The translations under genes were made by a program, and so were the position numbers. The notes under the pieces were generated by a model, which was not told the origin of the DNA, searched no databases, and was given only the letters and a program-made list of their open reading frames with translations. Shown one piece after another: positions 46,543 to 57,114 of a stretch of DNA of 64,000 nt. This DNA comes from Dehalococcoidia bacterium (GTDB lineage: Bacteria > Chloroflexota > Dehalococcoidia > UBA6926), in contig OZ252041.1 of the NCBI GenBank assembly GCA_965247995.1, positions 728,377 through 792,376 of the forward strand, in the 5' to 3' direction. The stretch's first letter is position 1; each line of letters starts with the position of its first letter.

Positions 46543-49500
46543 ATGGAGACGCTTTTCGGCATCGATATTGGCACGTTGACTGGCTGGTTGACGATCGTGT
46601 TCGCGATCGCGGCGGTCCTGACGGTGTACGCCGCGGTGCGCAACCCGGTGGTCTTGAAGATGGCGGTGCGGAACATCCCGAGGCGACGCGCGCAGACGGC
46701 CCTGATCGTGCTGGGGCTGATGCTGGCGACGCTGTTGTTCTCGGCGTCGTTCGCAACAGGCGATACGTTGGCGTATTCGATCCGGGTCCAGGCGCTGACG
46801 CAGATCGGTCAGATGGACGAGGTGATCTCCTCGACGGAGCGCGATGCGTCCGGTCGCAGGAGTTTCATCCCGGTCGAAACGGCGGGAAGGGTCCGTGACG
46901 CACTGAGCGATGCGCCGGTGGATGGGGTCACACCAGTCATCAACCTGACGGTCCCGGCGGTTGCGGCGGAGTCGCAGCGGAGCGAGCCGAGGTTGGGCGT
47001 GCAGGGTTTCGATGCGTCGCAGATGGCCGGTTTCGACGAGTACGCGGACGACAGTGGGCGGACGCTTGCGTTGGACGCGTTGGGAGCGCGCGAGGCGTAC
47101 TTGAGCGCCGACGCGGCCGATGAACTCAGAGCGTCCGTCGGCGATGAGGTGGCGTTGTTCTTCACGGAGACGCCCGCGGTGGTCACCGTCGCTGGGGTGA
47201 TCGAGGAAGGCGGCAACGGGTTCGACCTGTCCTCGGCAGTGATGCGCCTAGGCGACCTCCAAGAGATGCTGGGCGAGCCTGGACGGATCAACGGCATCTA
47301 CGTTTCCAATACGGGGGGAACGCTCGAGGGGGCGGAGCACACGCCGGCGGTGGTCGCGGCCCTGGAGGACCTCGCGGAGGAACTGGGGCTGGACGTCGAC
47401 GACGTCAAGAGCGATGTCCTCGAAGATGCGGACGAGGCGGGCGGGGCGTTTGCGAGCATCTTCTTGCTCTTTGGGACGTTCTCGATCATCGCAGGGATCC
47501 TGCTGATCGCGCTGATCTTCGTCATGTTGGCGGCCGAGCGGCGGCGCGAACTCGGCATCGCGCGTGCGGTGGGTGCGCAGCGCGGTCAATTGGTGCGGTT
47601 GTTCACGTTCGAGGGAGCGATCTACTCCTTGGCCGCGGCGGCGGTGGGGAGCGTGCTGGGGCTCGTGGTCGGGCTGATCATGGTGCGGATCATGGCGGCG
47701 GCGCTTGGCGCGCTGGACGACTTTGATTTCGAGATCGTGTTCTCGTTCCGGTGGCAGAGCCTGGTGCTCTCGTACACGCTGGGGATGGTGGTGACCTATG
47801 TGGTTGTGGTGCTGTCCGCGCTCCAGGTGAGTGTGCTGAACATCGTCCGGGCGGTACGTGACATCCCGGAGCCGCCGGGACAGGAGCGGCGGCTGCGCGG
47901 TGCGTGGAAAGCGCTGTTCGTTTCGTTGGCGGACGGTGGTCGGGCGCTGCGGCGCTTGCGGGTGTTGCGGACGTTGCGCTTGTGGCTGCTCACTACGCCG
48001 ATGGCGGTGCTCAGGTTGGCATGGGCCACGTTTTTCGCGGGTTATCTGATGGTGTTGTTCGGTCTTCAACTGGTGCGCGGTGGCATTGCGCAGGAGCAGT
48101 TGTCGTTCTTCTTGATGGGGCTCTCGCTCGTCGTGGTGGGCGTGCCGCTGGTGTTGAAGCACGCCGTTCGTCTGCCGGAGCGCGTCGCCTACACGGCGGC
48201 TGGGGTGCTCCTGGTGGTCCTGTGGATCGGTTCGTGGGACTGGGAGCGGTTGGGGTTGCCGAAGTTCGACGAAGGGATCGAGCTGTTCATCTTGTCGGGG
48301 ACGATGTTGGTGATCGGCGCGGTCTGGGTGGTGATCTACAACTCGCCGTACATCGTGCGGGTGTTGTCGCTGATCGGACGGGGCCCGACGCTGTCTCCGA
48401 TCATGCGGACGGCGATCGCGTACCCGATGGCGAGCCGGTTCCGGACGGGGATGACGCTGGCGATGTTCTCGCTGGTGGTGTTCACGCTGACGGTGATCGG
48501 GTTCATTACGTCCGCGTTCTCGGCGGCGTTCGACGACACGCGGCGGTTGTCCGGCGGGTTCGATGTGGCGGCGAACGTGAGTTTCACGAACCCGATCGAC
48601 GATATCGAGGGACGGATCGCGGAGTCGGGTGTTGTGGCGCTGGACGAGTTCGAAGCGATTGGCGGGACGGGTGGACTGCCGGTGCGTATCCGTCAGGTGG
48701 ATACGGAACATGAACTGCAGGACTGGTTCGTCACAAGCATCGATGAGGCGTACGCGAACTCGGTGACCTACGGGTTCAGCTTGAAGGACGAGCGGTACGC
48801 CGAGGACCGGGACGTGTGGCGGGCGCTGGTGGACGAGCGGGACGTGGTGGTGGTGAACGCGCTGATGGTGCCGTCGACGGACGAGTTCGCGTTCGGGCCC
48901 GGCGTGGACTTCCGGCTGGAGGGGTTCAAGCGGGACGACGCGGTCCTGCCGGAAGTGTATGTGGAGGTCTTCGATTCGGCCGAGGAGCAGACGGCGCGGC
49001 TGCGGGTGATCGGGATCATCGAGGATGAGGCGTTCTTCGCGAATACGGTGATTACGGGCCGCGAGACGCTGCAGCAAGTGTCGTCGTTCGACTTGCCGTT
49101 GCTGGGGTATCAGATGGTGTTACGGGACCCGTCGCGGGCGAGCGAGGTGGTTACAGCGCTGGAGGACGAGTTCGTGGAGAACGGACTGCGAGCGAACTCG
49201 TTGGAGAAGACGATCCGGGACACGACGGCGGTGAACTTGGCGTTCAACCAGTTGATCCAGGGGTTCATGGGGCTGGGGTTGATCGTTGGGATCGCGGCGC
49301 TGGGGGTGATTGCGGCGCGTTCGGTGGTCGAACGGCGGGTGCAGATTGGGGTGTTGCGGGCGATTGGTTTCCGGCGTGGGATGGTGCAGTTGTCGTTCCT
49401 GATCGAGTCGTCGTTCATTGCGCTGTTGGGGATCGCGGTCGGCCTGGGGCTTGGGTTTGGGCTGTCGGCGAGCATCATCAACGAGATCGGCGAGGGGTTC

Positions 49501-49644
49501 GAAGGTGTGAGCTATCAGGTGCCGTGGACGACGGTTGTGCTGGTGGTGGTGGTGGCGTACGGGGCGGCGCTGTTGACGACGTGGTTGCCGGCGCTGCAGG
49601 CGTCGCGGATCTACCCGGCGGAGGCGTTGCGGCTGGACGAGTGA
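46543..49644 (+). CDS. FtsX/MacB-type ABC transporter permease with two FtsX domains and large extracytoplasmic regions (1033 aa)
   Basis: Starts 4 nt after the ATPase gene. Two 4-TM FtsX-like modules (...RRRELGIARAVGAQRGQL... and ...VQIGVLRAIGFRRGMV...). Confidence 0.88.
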   Translation: METLFGIDIGTLTGWLTIVFAIAAVLTVYAAVRNPVVLKMAVRNIPRRRAQTALIVLGLMLATLLFSASFATGDTLAYSIRVQALTQIGQMDEVISSTERDASGRRSFIPVETAGRVRDALSDAPVDGVTPVINLTVPAVAAESQRSEPRLGVQGFDASQMAGFDEYADDSGRTLALDALGAREAYLSADAADELRASVGDEVALFFTETPAVVTVAGVIEEGGNGFDLSSAVMRLGDLQEMLGEPGRINGIYVSNTGGTLEGAEHTPAVVAALEDLAEELGLDVDDVKSDVLEDADEAGGAFASIFLLFGTFSIIAGILLIALIFVMLAAERRRELGIARAVGAQRGQLVRLFTFEGAIYSLAAAAVGSVLGLVVGLIMVRIMAAALGALDDFDFEIVFSFRWQSLVLSYTLGMVVTYVVVVLSALQVSVLNIVRAVRDIPEPPGQERRLRGAWKALFVSLADGGRALRRLRVLRTLRLWLLTTPMAVLRLAWATFFAGYLMVLFGLQLVRGGIAQEQLSFFLMGLSLVVVGVPLVLKHAVRLPERVAYTAAGVLLVVLWIGSWDWERLGLPKFDEGIELFILSGTMLVIGAVWVVIYNSPYIVRVLSLIGRGPTLSPIMRTAIAYPMASRFRTGMTLAMFSLVVFTLTVIGFITSAFSAAFDDTRRLSGGFDVAANVSFTNPIDDIEGRIAESGVVALDEFEAIGGTGGLPVRIRQVDTEHELQDWFVTSIDEAYANSVTYGFSLKDERYAEDRDVWRALVDERDVVVVNALMVPSTDEFAFGPGVDFRLEGFKRDDAVLPEVYVEVFDSAEEQTARLRVIGIIEDEAFFANTVITGRETLQQVSSFDLPLLGYQMVLRDPSRASEVVTALEDEFVENGLRANSLEKTIRDTTAVNLAFNQLIQGFMGLGLIVGIAALGVIAARSVVERRVQIGVLRAIGFRRGMVQLSFLIESSFIALLGIAVGLGLGFGLSASIINEIGEGFEGVSYQVPWTTVVLVVVVAYGAALLTTWLPALQASRIYPAEALRLDE

Positions 49645-49771
49645 CGTTGAGGTTGGCCCGTCGGAGCGGCCAGTTATGGGTTAGGTGAGTGCGGGGGGCG
49701 GTCTGGCGACAACGCGGCGTCGTTTGTGTTTGGCCTTTGTCTCCCACCTGCCCCGCCCGAGAGTTGTATTA

Positions 49772-49796
49772 CGAGGGGCGTCTGCGACCCCCCTCG
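49772..49796. terminator. Hairpin between convergent genes
   Basis: CGAGGGG-cgtctgcgacc-CCCCTCG between the permease stop (49644) and the hydroxylase stop (49881). No clear U-tract. Confidence 0.3.
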
Positions 49797-49880
49797 GCGT
49801 TGGGACGCGGGGTTCCGATGACGTCGCCCGCGCGCCGAAACGGTCAGGGGCGGACGAAGACGGTGCGTCGGTTGGGGTGG

Positions 49881-52184
49881 TCAGTCGGAGGCGGGGCCGT
49901 CCTCGGAGTCGGCTTGGCGGAGAGCCCAGAAGACGCGCTCGGGGGTGAGCGGAGTCTGGTAGATGCGGACGCCGGTGGCGTGGTAGATGGCGTTGGCGAC
50001 TGCGGCGACGGGGGTGACGAGGGGGATTTCGCCGACACCGCGCGCGCCGTAGGGACCGCTGGGGTTGGGCGTGGAGACGATCTCGGTGTCGATCATGGGG
50101 ACGTCGAGCGTGGTGGGGATGCGGTAGTCGAGGAAGTTGGCGTTTCGGACGACGCCAGTGGTCTGGTCGATGTCGTAGACCTCCCAGAGCGCCCAGCCGA
50201 TGCCCTGCCCCGCGCCGCCCTGCATCTGGCCCTCGACGGCCATGGGGTTGATGGCGTTCCCGGGGTCCTGGAACATGGTGAAGCGGAGTATTTCGGGGCG
50301 TCCGGTCTCGGGGTCGACGGCGACTTCGGCGATGGAGGCGGCGGCGGTGGGCGCGCCGGGCAGGCCGGTGCTGTTGCCGGCGCCCTTCAGGGCTTCGCCG
50401 TTTGGGCCGCCGATGGAGCGTTCACAGACCTCGGCGAGGTCGATGCGTTTGTCGGGGTTGTCGCGCATTTCGAAGACCTGGTCGTTGTAGTCGAGGTATT
50501 GGGGCTGGACGTTGAGGAGGTCACCGGCGCGTTCACGCAGCTTGCCGAGGACATCGCGCCCGGCGTTCATGACGGCGGTGCCGGTGGTGAGGGTGGTGCG
50601 GCTGCCGAACGAGCCGTCGGTGTGTCCGACGGAGTCGGTGTCGCCGCTGGCGATGACGATCTGGTCCATGGTGACGCCGAGTTCTTCGGCGGCGATCTGA
50701 GCCATGGTGGTGCGGGTGCCGGTCAGGTCGACGGAGCCGGTGATGACGGAGAAGGTGGCGTCGGCGTTGGCGACGATCTCGGCGTTGGAGGTGAGGGTTG
50801 CGCCGCCCCAATAGGCGGAGGCGAAGCCGCGTCCGCGGCCGTCGGGGAGCGGGTCGGTCCACGCAGGGTGGTTGCGCGCTTCCCGGAGGATCTTCTTGAG
50901 TCCCCAGACGGGCATCGCGAGTCCGTTCGGGAGCAGCCCACCGTCCTCGGTGACGTTCTTGAGGCGGAGGTCGATGGGATCGATGCCGACGCGTTCGGCG
51001 AGCTCGTCCATGACGACCTCGGTGGGTAAGTTGCCGATGGGGCCGCTAGGGGCGCGGTAGGCCATGGCGACGGGTTTGTTGGTGACGACGTCGTAGGCGT
51101 CGATGTGGAGGTTCGGGAAGTGGTAGTGGGACGCGCCGGTCATGGCGGCGGTCGCGGAGTGGGTGAAGCCGGTCATTGCGCCGGTGTCGAGGAGGTAGGC
51201 GCCCTTGAAGGCGGTCAGAGAGCCGTCGGTCTTTGCGCCGACCTTGATGTCGATGACGTGGGCGCAGGTGGGGCCGGTGGCGCGGAAGACTTCTTCGCGG
51301 GTGAGGACGAGCTTCACCGGGCGCTGTGCTTTGAGGGCGAGCAAGGCGGTGACGAACTCAATGCCGAGTCCGGCCTTGCCGCCGAAGCCGCCGCCGATCT
51401 CGAGCGGGACGACGGTGACCTGGTCCTTGGCCATGTCGAGGATGGTGGCGAGGGTGTCGCGGAGGTTGAAGTTGATCTGGCTGGAGGTGTAGCAGGTGAG
51501 GTGGCCCTGGTCGTCGATGTCGACGGTGGAGGCCTGCGGCTCGAGGTAGCCCTGGTGGACGGTGCCGCCACGGAAGCGGTGCTCGATGATGACGTCGGCC
51601 TCGGCGAAGCCCTGTTCGATATCGCCGCGGTCGAGCTCGATGCGGCGTGCGATGTTGCTGGGCTTATCGGAGAGTCCGCCGGCGAACTCCCAGGTGTAGA
51701 GGTCGTCGTGGACCAACGACGAGCCGGGTTGGACGGCCTTTTCGACGTCGACGACCGGATCGATCGAGTCGTATATGACTTTGACGAGTTCCGCCGCGGC
51801 TTCCGCGGCGTTGAGGTCATCGGCGGCGACGGCGGCAACGGCCTGGCCGTGGTAGAAGACGCGGTCCTCGGCCATTTGCATACGGCGTTGGTCGCGCGGG
51901 GTCATGGTGATCTCGCCGCCGACGGCCTGCATCGAGTGTTCGATGTGCGGGAAGTCGTATGAGGTGATGACGGCGCGGACGCCGGGATAGCGGAGGGCTC
52001 CGCGGGTGTCGATGCTGAGGATGCGTGCGTTGGCGTGGGGGCTGCGGACGACCTTGCCGAAGAGGGTGCCTGGGGTCAGGTGGTCGGCGCCGTAGACGGC
52101 TTGGCCGGTGACGCGCTCCGGGCTATCGACGCGTTTCACTCCCTGCCCGACGACGCGGGTTGTGGGGACGGCCGTTTCGGTCAT
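49881..52184 (-). CDS. Xanthine dehydrogenase / aldehyde oxidase / CoxL family molybdopterin-binding large subunit
   Basis: Track ORF is trimmed to ATG 52184 (GAGGAG upstream; MTETAVPTTRVVGQGVKRVDSPERVTGQAVYGAD...). 767 aa, with a/b-hammerhead and Mo-binding domain motifs throughout. Confidence 0.88.
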   Translation of the reverse strand: MTETAVPTTRVVGQGVKRVDSPERVTGQAVYGADHLTPGTLFGKVVRSPHANARILSIDTRGALRYPGVRAVITSYDFPHIEHSMQAVGGEITMTPRDQRRMQMAEDRVFYHGQAVAAVAADDLNAAEAAAELVKVIYDSIDPVVDVEKAVQPGSSLVHDDLYTWEFAGGLSDKPSNIARRIELDRGDIEQGFAEADVIIEHRFRGGTVHQGYLEPQASTVDIDDQGHLTCYTSSQINFNLRDTLATILDMAKDQVTVVPLEIGGGFGGKAGLGIEFVTALLALKAQRPVKLVLTREEVFRATGPTCAHVIDIKVGAKTDGSLTAFKGAYLLDTGAMTGFTHSATAAMTGASHYHFPNLHIDAYDVVTNKPVAMAYRAPSGPIGNLPTEVVMDELAERVGIDPIDLRLKNVTEDGGLLPNGLAMPVWGLKKILREARNHPAWTDPLPDGRGRGFASAYWGGATLTSNAEIVANADATFSVITGSVDLTGTRTTMAQIAAEELGVTMDQIVIASGDTDSVGHTDGSFGSRTTLTTGTAVMNAGRDVLGKLRERAGDLLNVQPQYLDYNDQVFEMRDNPDKRIDLAEVCERSIGGPNGEALKGAGNSTGLPGAPTAAASIAEVAVDPETGRPEILRFTMFQDPGNAINPMAVEGQMQGGAGQGIGWALWEVYDIDQTTGVVRNANFLDYRIPTTLDVPMIDTEIVSTPNPSGPYGARGVGEIPLVTPVAAVANAIYHATGVRIYQTPLTPERVFWALRQADSEDGPASD

Positions 52185-52283
52185 GGTTCGGTCTCCTCGA
52201 ACGGGCTTCTGTGGCGGTGTGTTGCCGTATACTACGCGCCGGTTCGGCACAGATAGAGTACCTACTCCTGAGGACCCCACGCG

Positions 52284-53495
52284 ATGACGTTTGAAGTGAT
52301 ACCTGACGGGACGGTCACGACGCCGAAAGGGTTCCGGGCCGGAACGACCTATGCAGGGCTGAAGAAGCCTGGCGATGGCGTCCTGGACTTGGGGATCCTG
52401 GCAGCGACCGACGCGTGCGCCGCGACCGGGATGTTCACGCAGAACCTGGTCGTGGCGTCGCCGGTGACGCTGTCGCGGGCCAACCTGGGTTCCGGGCAGG
52501 CGCAGGCGGTGGTGGTGAACAGCGGCATCGCGAACGCAGCGGTCGGCGAGCAGGGGTTGATCGACGCGAAGGAGATGGCGCGGCTCGCGGCGGAGAGGAT
52601 CGGCGCGGACCCGGGCGACGTGCTGGTGTGCAGCACGGGCGTGATTGGGGTGGAGCTCCCGATGGGCGTCGTGGAGCGTGGGATCGGGAGCATCGAGCTG
52701 CGCGCGGCCGCAGGTGGACACGAACTGGCGCGGGCGATGATGACGACGGACACGCAACCGAAGGAGGTTGCGGTATCGTTCCAGGTGGACGGACGGGCGG
52801 TGACGGTGGGGGGCGTCTGCAAGGGCGCAGCGATGATCCACCCGAACATGGCGACGATGCTGGCGTTCGTAACAACGGACGCTCCGGCCGACCAGGCATG
52901 CATGGCGCGGGTGCTGAAGCGGGCGGTAGACGACAGCTTCAACATGATCACGATTGACGGGGACACGTCGACGAACGACTCGGTGATCTTCTTCGCGAAC
53001 GGCGAGGCGGGTGGTCCTGTGATCTCGGGCGGCAGCGGCGAGGACGCGCTCCAGGAAGCGGTGTCGTTCGTTTGCCGGACGCTGGCGAAGGCGATCGCGG
53101 CAGACGGCGAGGGGTCAACGACGCTGGTCGAGGTGGTGATCGAGGGGGCGCTGACGGAGCAGGACGCGCGCCAGGCGGCGCGGACGGTGGCGGGCTCGAC
53201 GCTGCTCAAGGCGGCGGTGTACGGGCGGGACCCCAACTGGGGCCGGGCGATCGCGGCGTTGGGACGCAGCGGCATAGAGATTGATCCGACGAAGCTCGCG
53301 CTGTGGGTGAACGAGATCTGCGTGCTGGACGAGGGGAAACCGATCCCCTTCTTTAAGGAAGCTGCCGTGGCGACGATGAGCAACCGGGAGGTCCGGATCC
53401 TGACGAAGCTCGGGCTTGGGAGCGCGACGGCGACGGCGTGGACGTGTGACCTGACCGAGGAATACGTCCGTCTGAATAGCGCGTACACGTCGTAG
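52284..53495 (+). CDS. argJ: Bifunctional ornithine acetyltransferase / N-acetylglutamate synthase
   Basis: 403 aa. GF.A.G...G.KK, autoprocessing site PNMATMLAFVTTDA, C-terminal DLT.EYV..N..YTS. Confidence 0.93.
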   Translation: MTFEVIPDGTVTTPKGFRAGTTYAGLKKPGDGVLDLGILAATDACAATGMFTQNLVVASPVTLSRANLGSGQAQAVVVNSGIANAAVGEQGLIDAKEMARLAAERIGADPGDVLVCSTGVIGVELPMGVVERGIGSIELRAAAGGHELARAMMTTDTQPKEVAVSFQVDGRAVTVGGVCKGAAMIHPNMATMLAFVTTDAPADQACMARVLKRAVDDSFNMITIDGDTSTNDSVIFFANGEAGGPVISGGSGEDALQEAVSFVCRTLAKAIAADGEGSTTLVEVVIEGALTEQDARQAARTVAGSTLLKAAVYGRDPNWGRAIAALGRSGIEIDPTKLALWVNEICVLDEGKPIPFFKEAAVATMSNREVRILTKLGLGSATATAWTCDLTEEYVRLNSAYTS

Positions 53496-53508
53496 GAGGC
53501 ACCCGGGG

Positions 53509-54330
53509 ATGGCCACCTCCGGCTCCGGATCTGGTCCTGATCCACAGGCGATCGTCGTCAAGATCGGCGGGAGCGCGCTCGGCCCTGAGGACACGACGTT
53601 CGCGGACATCGTGGCGCTGCACCGGGCTGGCACACGGGTGGTGGTGGTGCACGGCGGCGGGCCGACGATCACGGAGTGGCTCCAGCGGACGGGCGTCGAG
53701 ACGCAGTTCGTCGAGGGCCGCAGGGTCACCGATGAGGCGACGCTGGAGGTCGTGACGGCCGTGCTGAGCGGTCTGGTGAACAAGCGGACGGTTGCGGCGC
53801 TGCAGCGCGCCGGTGGGTCGGCGGCCGGGATCTCCGGTTCCGACGGGCCGACGGTGATCGCGCGGATCCGGGACCCTGCGCTGGGCCGCGTGGGCGACGT
53901 GGCGGAGGTGCGCTCGGAGCTGCTGGACGCGATCTCCGGGGCGGGGATGATCCCGGTGGTGTCGCCGGTCTCTCGAGAGGACAGCCCGGAGGCGGGCATT
54001 TTGAACGTGAACGCGGACAGCGTGGCGGGAGCGTTGGCGGAGGCGGTCCGGGCCGATCGGGTCGTCTTTCTGACCGACGTTGCCGGGGTCCTTGGCGCCG
54101 ATCAGGAACTGATTCCGAGGCTCGAAGGGGCCGAGGTACGCGGGCTGATCGAGCAGGGAACGATCAGCGGGGGTATGATCCCTAAGGTCGAAGCGTGCCT
54201 TTCTGCCCTCTGGTACGCGAGGGCGGCCCAGATCGTGGATGGCCGGCGCGAGCGAGCCCTGATCGCGGCGCTCGAGACCGACGCTGGCACGGTGATTGCC
54301 CGGGACGCGAGCCCCGCTGCACTGGGCTAA
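53509..54330 (+). CDS. argB: Acetylglutamate kinase
   Basis: 273 aa. VVKIGGSAL, VVVHGGGP, NVNAD, GGMIPKV. Confidence 0.92.
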   Translation: MATSGSGSGPDPQAIVVKIGGSALGPEDTTFADIVALHRAGTRVVVVHGGGPTITEWLQRTGVETQFVEGRRVTDEATLEVVTAVLSGLVNKRTVAALQRAGGSAAGISGSDGPTVIARIRDPALGRVGDVAEVRSELLDAISGAGMIPVVSPVSREDSPEAGILNVNADSVAGALAEAVRADRVVFLTDVAGVLGADQELIPRLEGAEVRGLIEQGTISGGMIPKVEACLSALWYARAAQIVDGRRERALIAALETDAGTVIARDASPAALG

Positions 54331-54339
54331 GGGGAGACC

Positions 54340-57114
54340 ATGAGTTTTATCGACCAGTTCGAAGAGGGCTCCTCGGCACAGGCGCCGCGGATTCCGATCT
54401 TCCGATGGGCGATCCCGATCGGGGTCATCGTTGCGCTGTGGGTGGCCGGGGCCGTCTTCTCGGGGATATTCACCGACTGGCTCTGGTTCGACGACCTCGG
54501 GTACCTGTCGGTCTACACGAAGATCCTGAGCACGAAGGTGATGCTGTTCGTGATCGGGTTTGCGGTCTTCCTGGCGGTCTTCTCGGTAAACGTTTTCCTG
54601 GCGGCGAAGTACTCGCCGCACGGGATGGCACCGCAGGCGGCACTGAACATTCCGGCAGAGGCCCTGGAGTGGGCCCGGCGGTTGGTGACGGTGGGGATCA
54701 TCGCCGGAGCCGTGCTGCTGGCGCTGGTGTTCGGGGCTGCGGCGTCAGGACAGTGGGAAGTGGCGCTGCGGTTCGTGAACTCGGAGGCGTTCGGCATCGT
54801 GGACCCGATCTACGACAACGACATGTCGTTCTACGTGTTCTCGCTGCCATTCTTCCGGGCGGTCCAGGGGTGGCTGATGGGAGCGATCGTGGTGACGGGG
54901 CTTGCGGTCCTCGGCATCCACGCGATCAACTTCACGATCGGTGGACACCAGTTCACGGTGAACCCGGCACTCCGGTCGCAGCTCAGCGCGTTGGGTGCGG
55001 TGCTTTTCCTGCTGCTGGCCGCCGGCTACTGGATGAGCACACGCGAGATCATGTTGTCGAGCCAGGGCGCCGCGTTTGGCGCGGGGTACACGGACGTCTC
55101 GATCCGGCTCCCGGCGCTGACCCTGTTGATCGCGTTGAGCGTGGGCGTTTCGCTGCTGCTGGCGGCGAATACGTACCGAAGGAGCAACATGCTCCCGATC
55201 GTCGGCGTGGGAGTGTGGTTTGCGGTGCTGACGCTGGGAACGGCGGTGGCGCCGGGGTTGATCCAACGGTTCCAGGTGACGCCAAGCGAATTCGCGTTGG
55301 AGGAGCCGTACATCGAGCGGACGATCGAGGGGACACGGAACGGGTTCGCGCTGGACCGGATCGCGCAGACGCAGTTCGACTCGACGGGAGCGATCACGCA
55401 GGAGTTGTTGGACGAGAATCCGGGGACGGTCGACAACATCCGGCTGTGGGACCACCGGCCGCTGCGGGACGTGTACAACCAGATCCAGTTCATCCGGCTG
55501 CAGTACGCGTTCGTCGACATCGATATCGACCGATACACGATCGACGGGGACTACCGGCAGGTGATGATTGGCGTGCGGGAGCTGTTGCAAAGCCAGCTAG
55601 ACCCTGGGGCGCAGACCTGGGTGAACCGGAAGTTGCAGTTTACGCACGGGTACGGTGTGGCGATGAGCCCGGTAACGGAGTTCACGAGCGAGGGGCTGCC
55701 GGAGTTCTTGGTGAAGGACATTCCACCGGAGCCGATTCCGGGTGCGCCGGGGGTCGACACCCCACAGATCTATTACGGGGAGGCGACCGACGACTGGGTC
55801 ATCGTGAACTCGCGGACGGCGGAGTTCGATCACCCGACGAACGACGAACCGGTGTACCGGCCGTACGGCGAAGGGCCTGGGGTGAAGATCTCTGGGTTCC
55901 TGAGGCGGCTGCTGTTTGCGTGGCGTTTCGCCGACATCAACATCTTCATCACGGGCGAGGTGAACTCGCAAAGCCAGATCCTGTACTACCGGAACATCCA
56001 AGACCGGGTCCAGCACCTGGCCCCGTTCTTAGACCTCGACCGAGACCCGTACATCGTCGCGGTGGACGAGGGGTTGTTCTGGGTGCAGGACGCGTACACG
56101 ACCAGCGACAAGTTCCCGTACTCGGAGCCGACGGCGGAGGGGTTCAACTACGTCCGCAACAGCGTGAAGGCGGTGATCAACGCGTACGACGGTTCGGTTG
56201 ACCTCTACGTGACGGACCCGGAGGACGGGATCATCAACACGTACGCGCAGGTGTTCCCGGAGCTATTCAAGCCATTTGACGAGATGCCGGAGAGCATTCG
56301 TTCGCACGTGCGCTACCCGGAGGACTTCTTCCTGATCCAGGCGAGGAAGTATCTGAAGTTCCACATGACGGTGCCCCAGGTGTTCTACAACCAGGAGGAC
56401 CTGTGGCAGATTCCGAGCGAGCTTTTCTTCGAAGACTCGCAGCAGATGGAGCCGTACTACGTGATCATGAAGCTGCCGGAGGAGGACCGGGAGGAGTTCG
56501 TGTTGATCCTCCCGTTCACGCCTGCCAACAAGCCGAACCTGGTGGGGTGGCTGGCGGCTCGGAACGACCCGCCGAACTACGGGAACCTGATTGCGTTCAC
56601 GTTCCCGAAGGACCGGCAGGTGGACGGCGTGCAGCAGGTGGAAGCGCAGATCAACATCGACCCGGTGATCTCACAGCAGTTCACGTTGTGGAGCACGGCG
56701 GGGTCCCGGGTGCTGCGGGGGAACCTGCTGGTGATTCCCATTGGAGACTCGATTTTGTACGCGGAACCGCTATATCTGCAGGCAGAAGCCCTGGCCTATC
56801 CGCAGCTCACACGGGTGATTCTGTCGGCGCAGGGCGGCGACCCGGTGATGGAAGACCGACTGGACGTGTCGCTGGCGGCGCTGGTGGGCGGGGATGTGCC
56901 TGGGTCGCGACAACCTGGTGCGAGTGGCGGCCAGCCGACGGACCCGGACGCGACGTTGGCGGAACAGGTAGCGACGGACTTCTCGCGTATCCAGGATTCG
57001 CTGGAGGACCTGCAGGAAGAGTTGGACACGCTGTCCGAGCGTCTGCTGCGGGCGCTGAGGCCGACGGAGGTGCCGGTGATTCCGACGCCGGTGCCGACTC
57101 CGGTGAGCGGGTAG
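54340..57114 (+). CDS. UPF0182-family large membrane protein (924 aa)
   Basis: N-terminal multi-TM region with DWLWFDDLGY, and a long soluble C-terminal part with ...YRNI.DRV...APFL..D.DPY... and ...LYAEPLYLQAE..., as in actinobacterial/chloroflexal UPF0182 proteins. Confidence 0.8.
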   Translation: MSFIDQFEEGSSAQAPRIPIFRWAIPIGVIVALWVAGAVFSGIFTDWLWFDDLGYLSVYTKILSTKVMLFVIGFAVFLAVFSVNVFLAAKYSPHGMAPQAALNIPAEALEWARRLVTVGIIAGAVLLALVFGAAASGQWEVALRFVNSEAFGIVDPIYDNDMSFYVFSLPFFRAVQGWLMGAIVVTGLAVLGIHAINFTIGGHQFTVNPALRSQLSALGAVLFLLLAAGYWMSTREIMLSSQGAAFGAGYTDVSIRLPALTLLIALSVGVSLLLAANTYRRSNMLPIVGVGVWFAVLTLGTAVAPGLIQRFQVTPSEFALEEPYIERTIEGTRNGFALDRIAQTQFDSTGAITQELLDENPGTVDNIRLWDHRPLRDVYNQIQFIRLQYAFVDIDIDRYTIDGDYRQVMIGVRELLQSQLDPGAQTWVNRKLQFTHGYGVAMSPVTEFTSEGLPEFLVKDIPPEPIPGAPGVDTPQIYYGEATDDWVIVNSRTAEFDHPTNDEPVYRPYGEGPGVKISGFLRRLLFAWRFADINIFITGEVNSQSQILYYRNIQDRVQHLAPFLDLDRDPYIVAVDEGLFWVQDAYTTSDKFPYSEPTAEGFNYVRNSVKAVINAYDGSVDLYVTDPEDGIINTYAQVFPELFKPFDEMPESIRSHVRYPEDFFLIQARKYLKFHMTVPQVFYNQEDLWQIPSELFFEDSQQMEPYYVIMKLPEEDREEFVLILPFTPANKPNLVGWLAARNDPPNYGNLIAFTFPKDRQVDGVQQVEAQINIDPVISQQFTLWSTAGSRVLRGNLLVIPIGDSILYAEPLYLQAEALAYPQLTRVILSAQGGDPVMEDRLDVSLAALVGGDVPGSRQPGASGGQPTDPDATLAEQVATDFSRIQDSLEDLQEELDTLSERLLRALRPTEVPVIPTPVPTPVSG

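Noticed and set aside
47248-49077. 609-aa minus-strand ORF inside the FtsX permease gene
   Set aside because: Extreme Arg/His/Pro/Gln composition, antisense to a well-supported membrane protein gene.
49689-51029. 446-aa plus-strand Gly/Asp/Val-rich ORF, plus 51105..51962
   Set aside because: Antisense to the molybdopterin hydroxylase gene. Low-complexity translation.
53353-54621. 422-aa minus ORF, 54195..56201 plus ORF (668 aa), 54745..55590 and 57307..58587 minus ORFs
   Set aside because: All are alternative-frame or antisense shadows of argB, UPF0182 and argD with Arg/Pro/His-rich sequences and no motifs.
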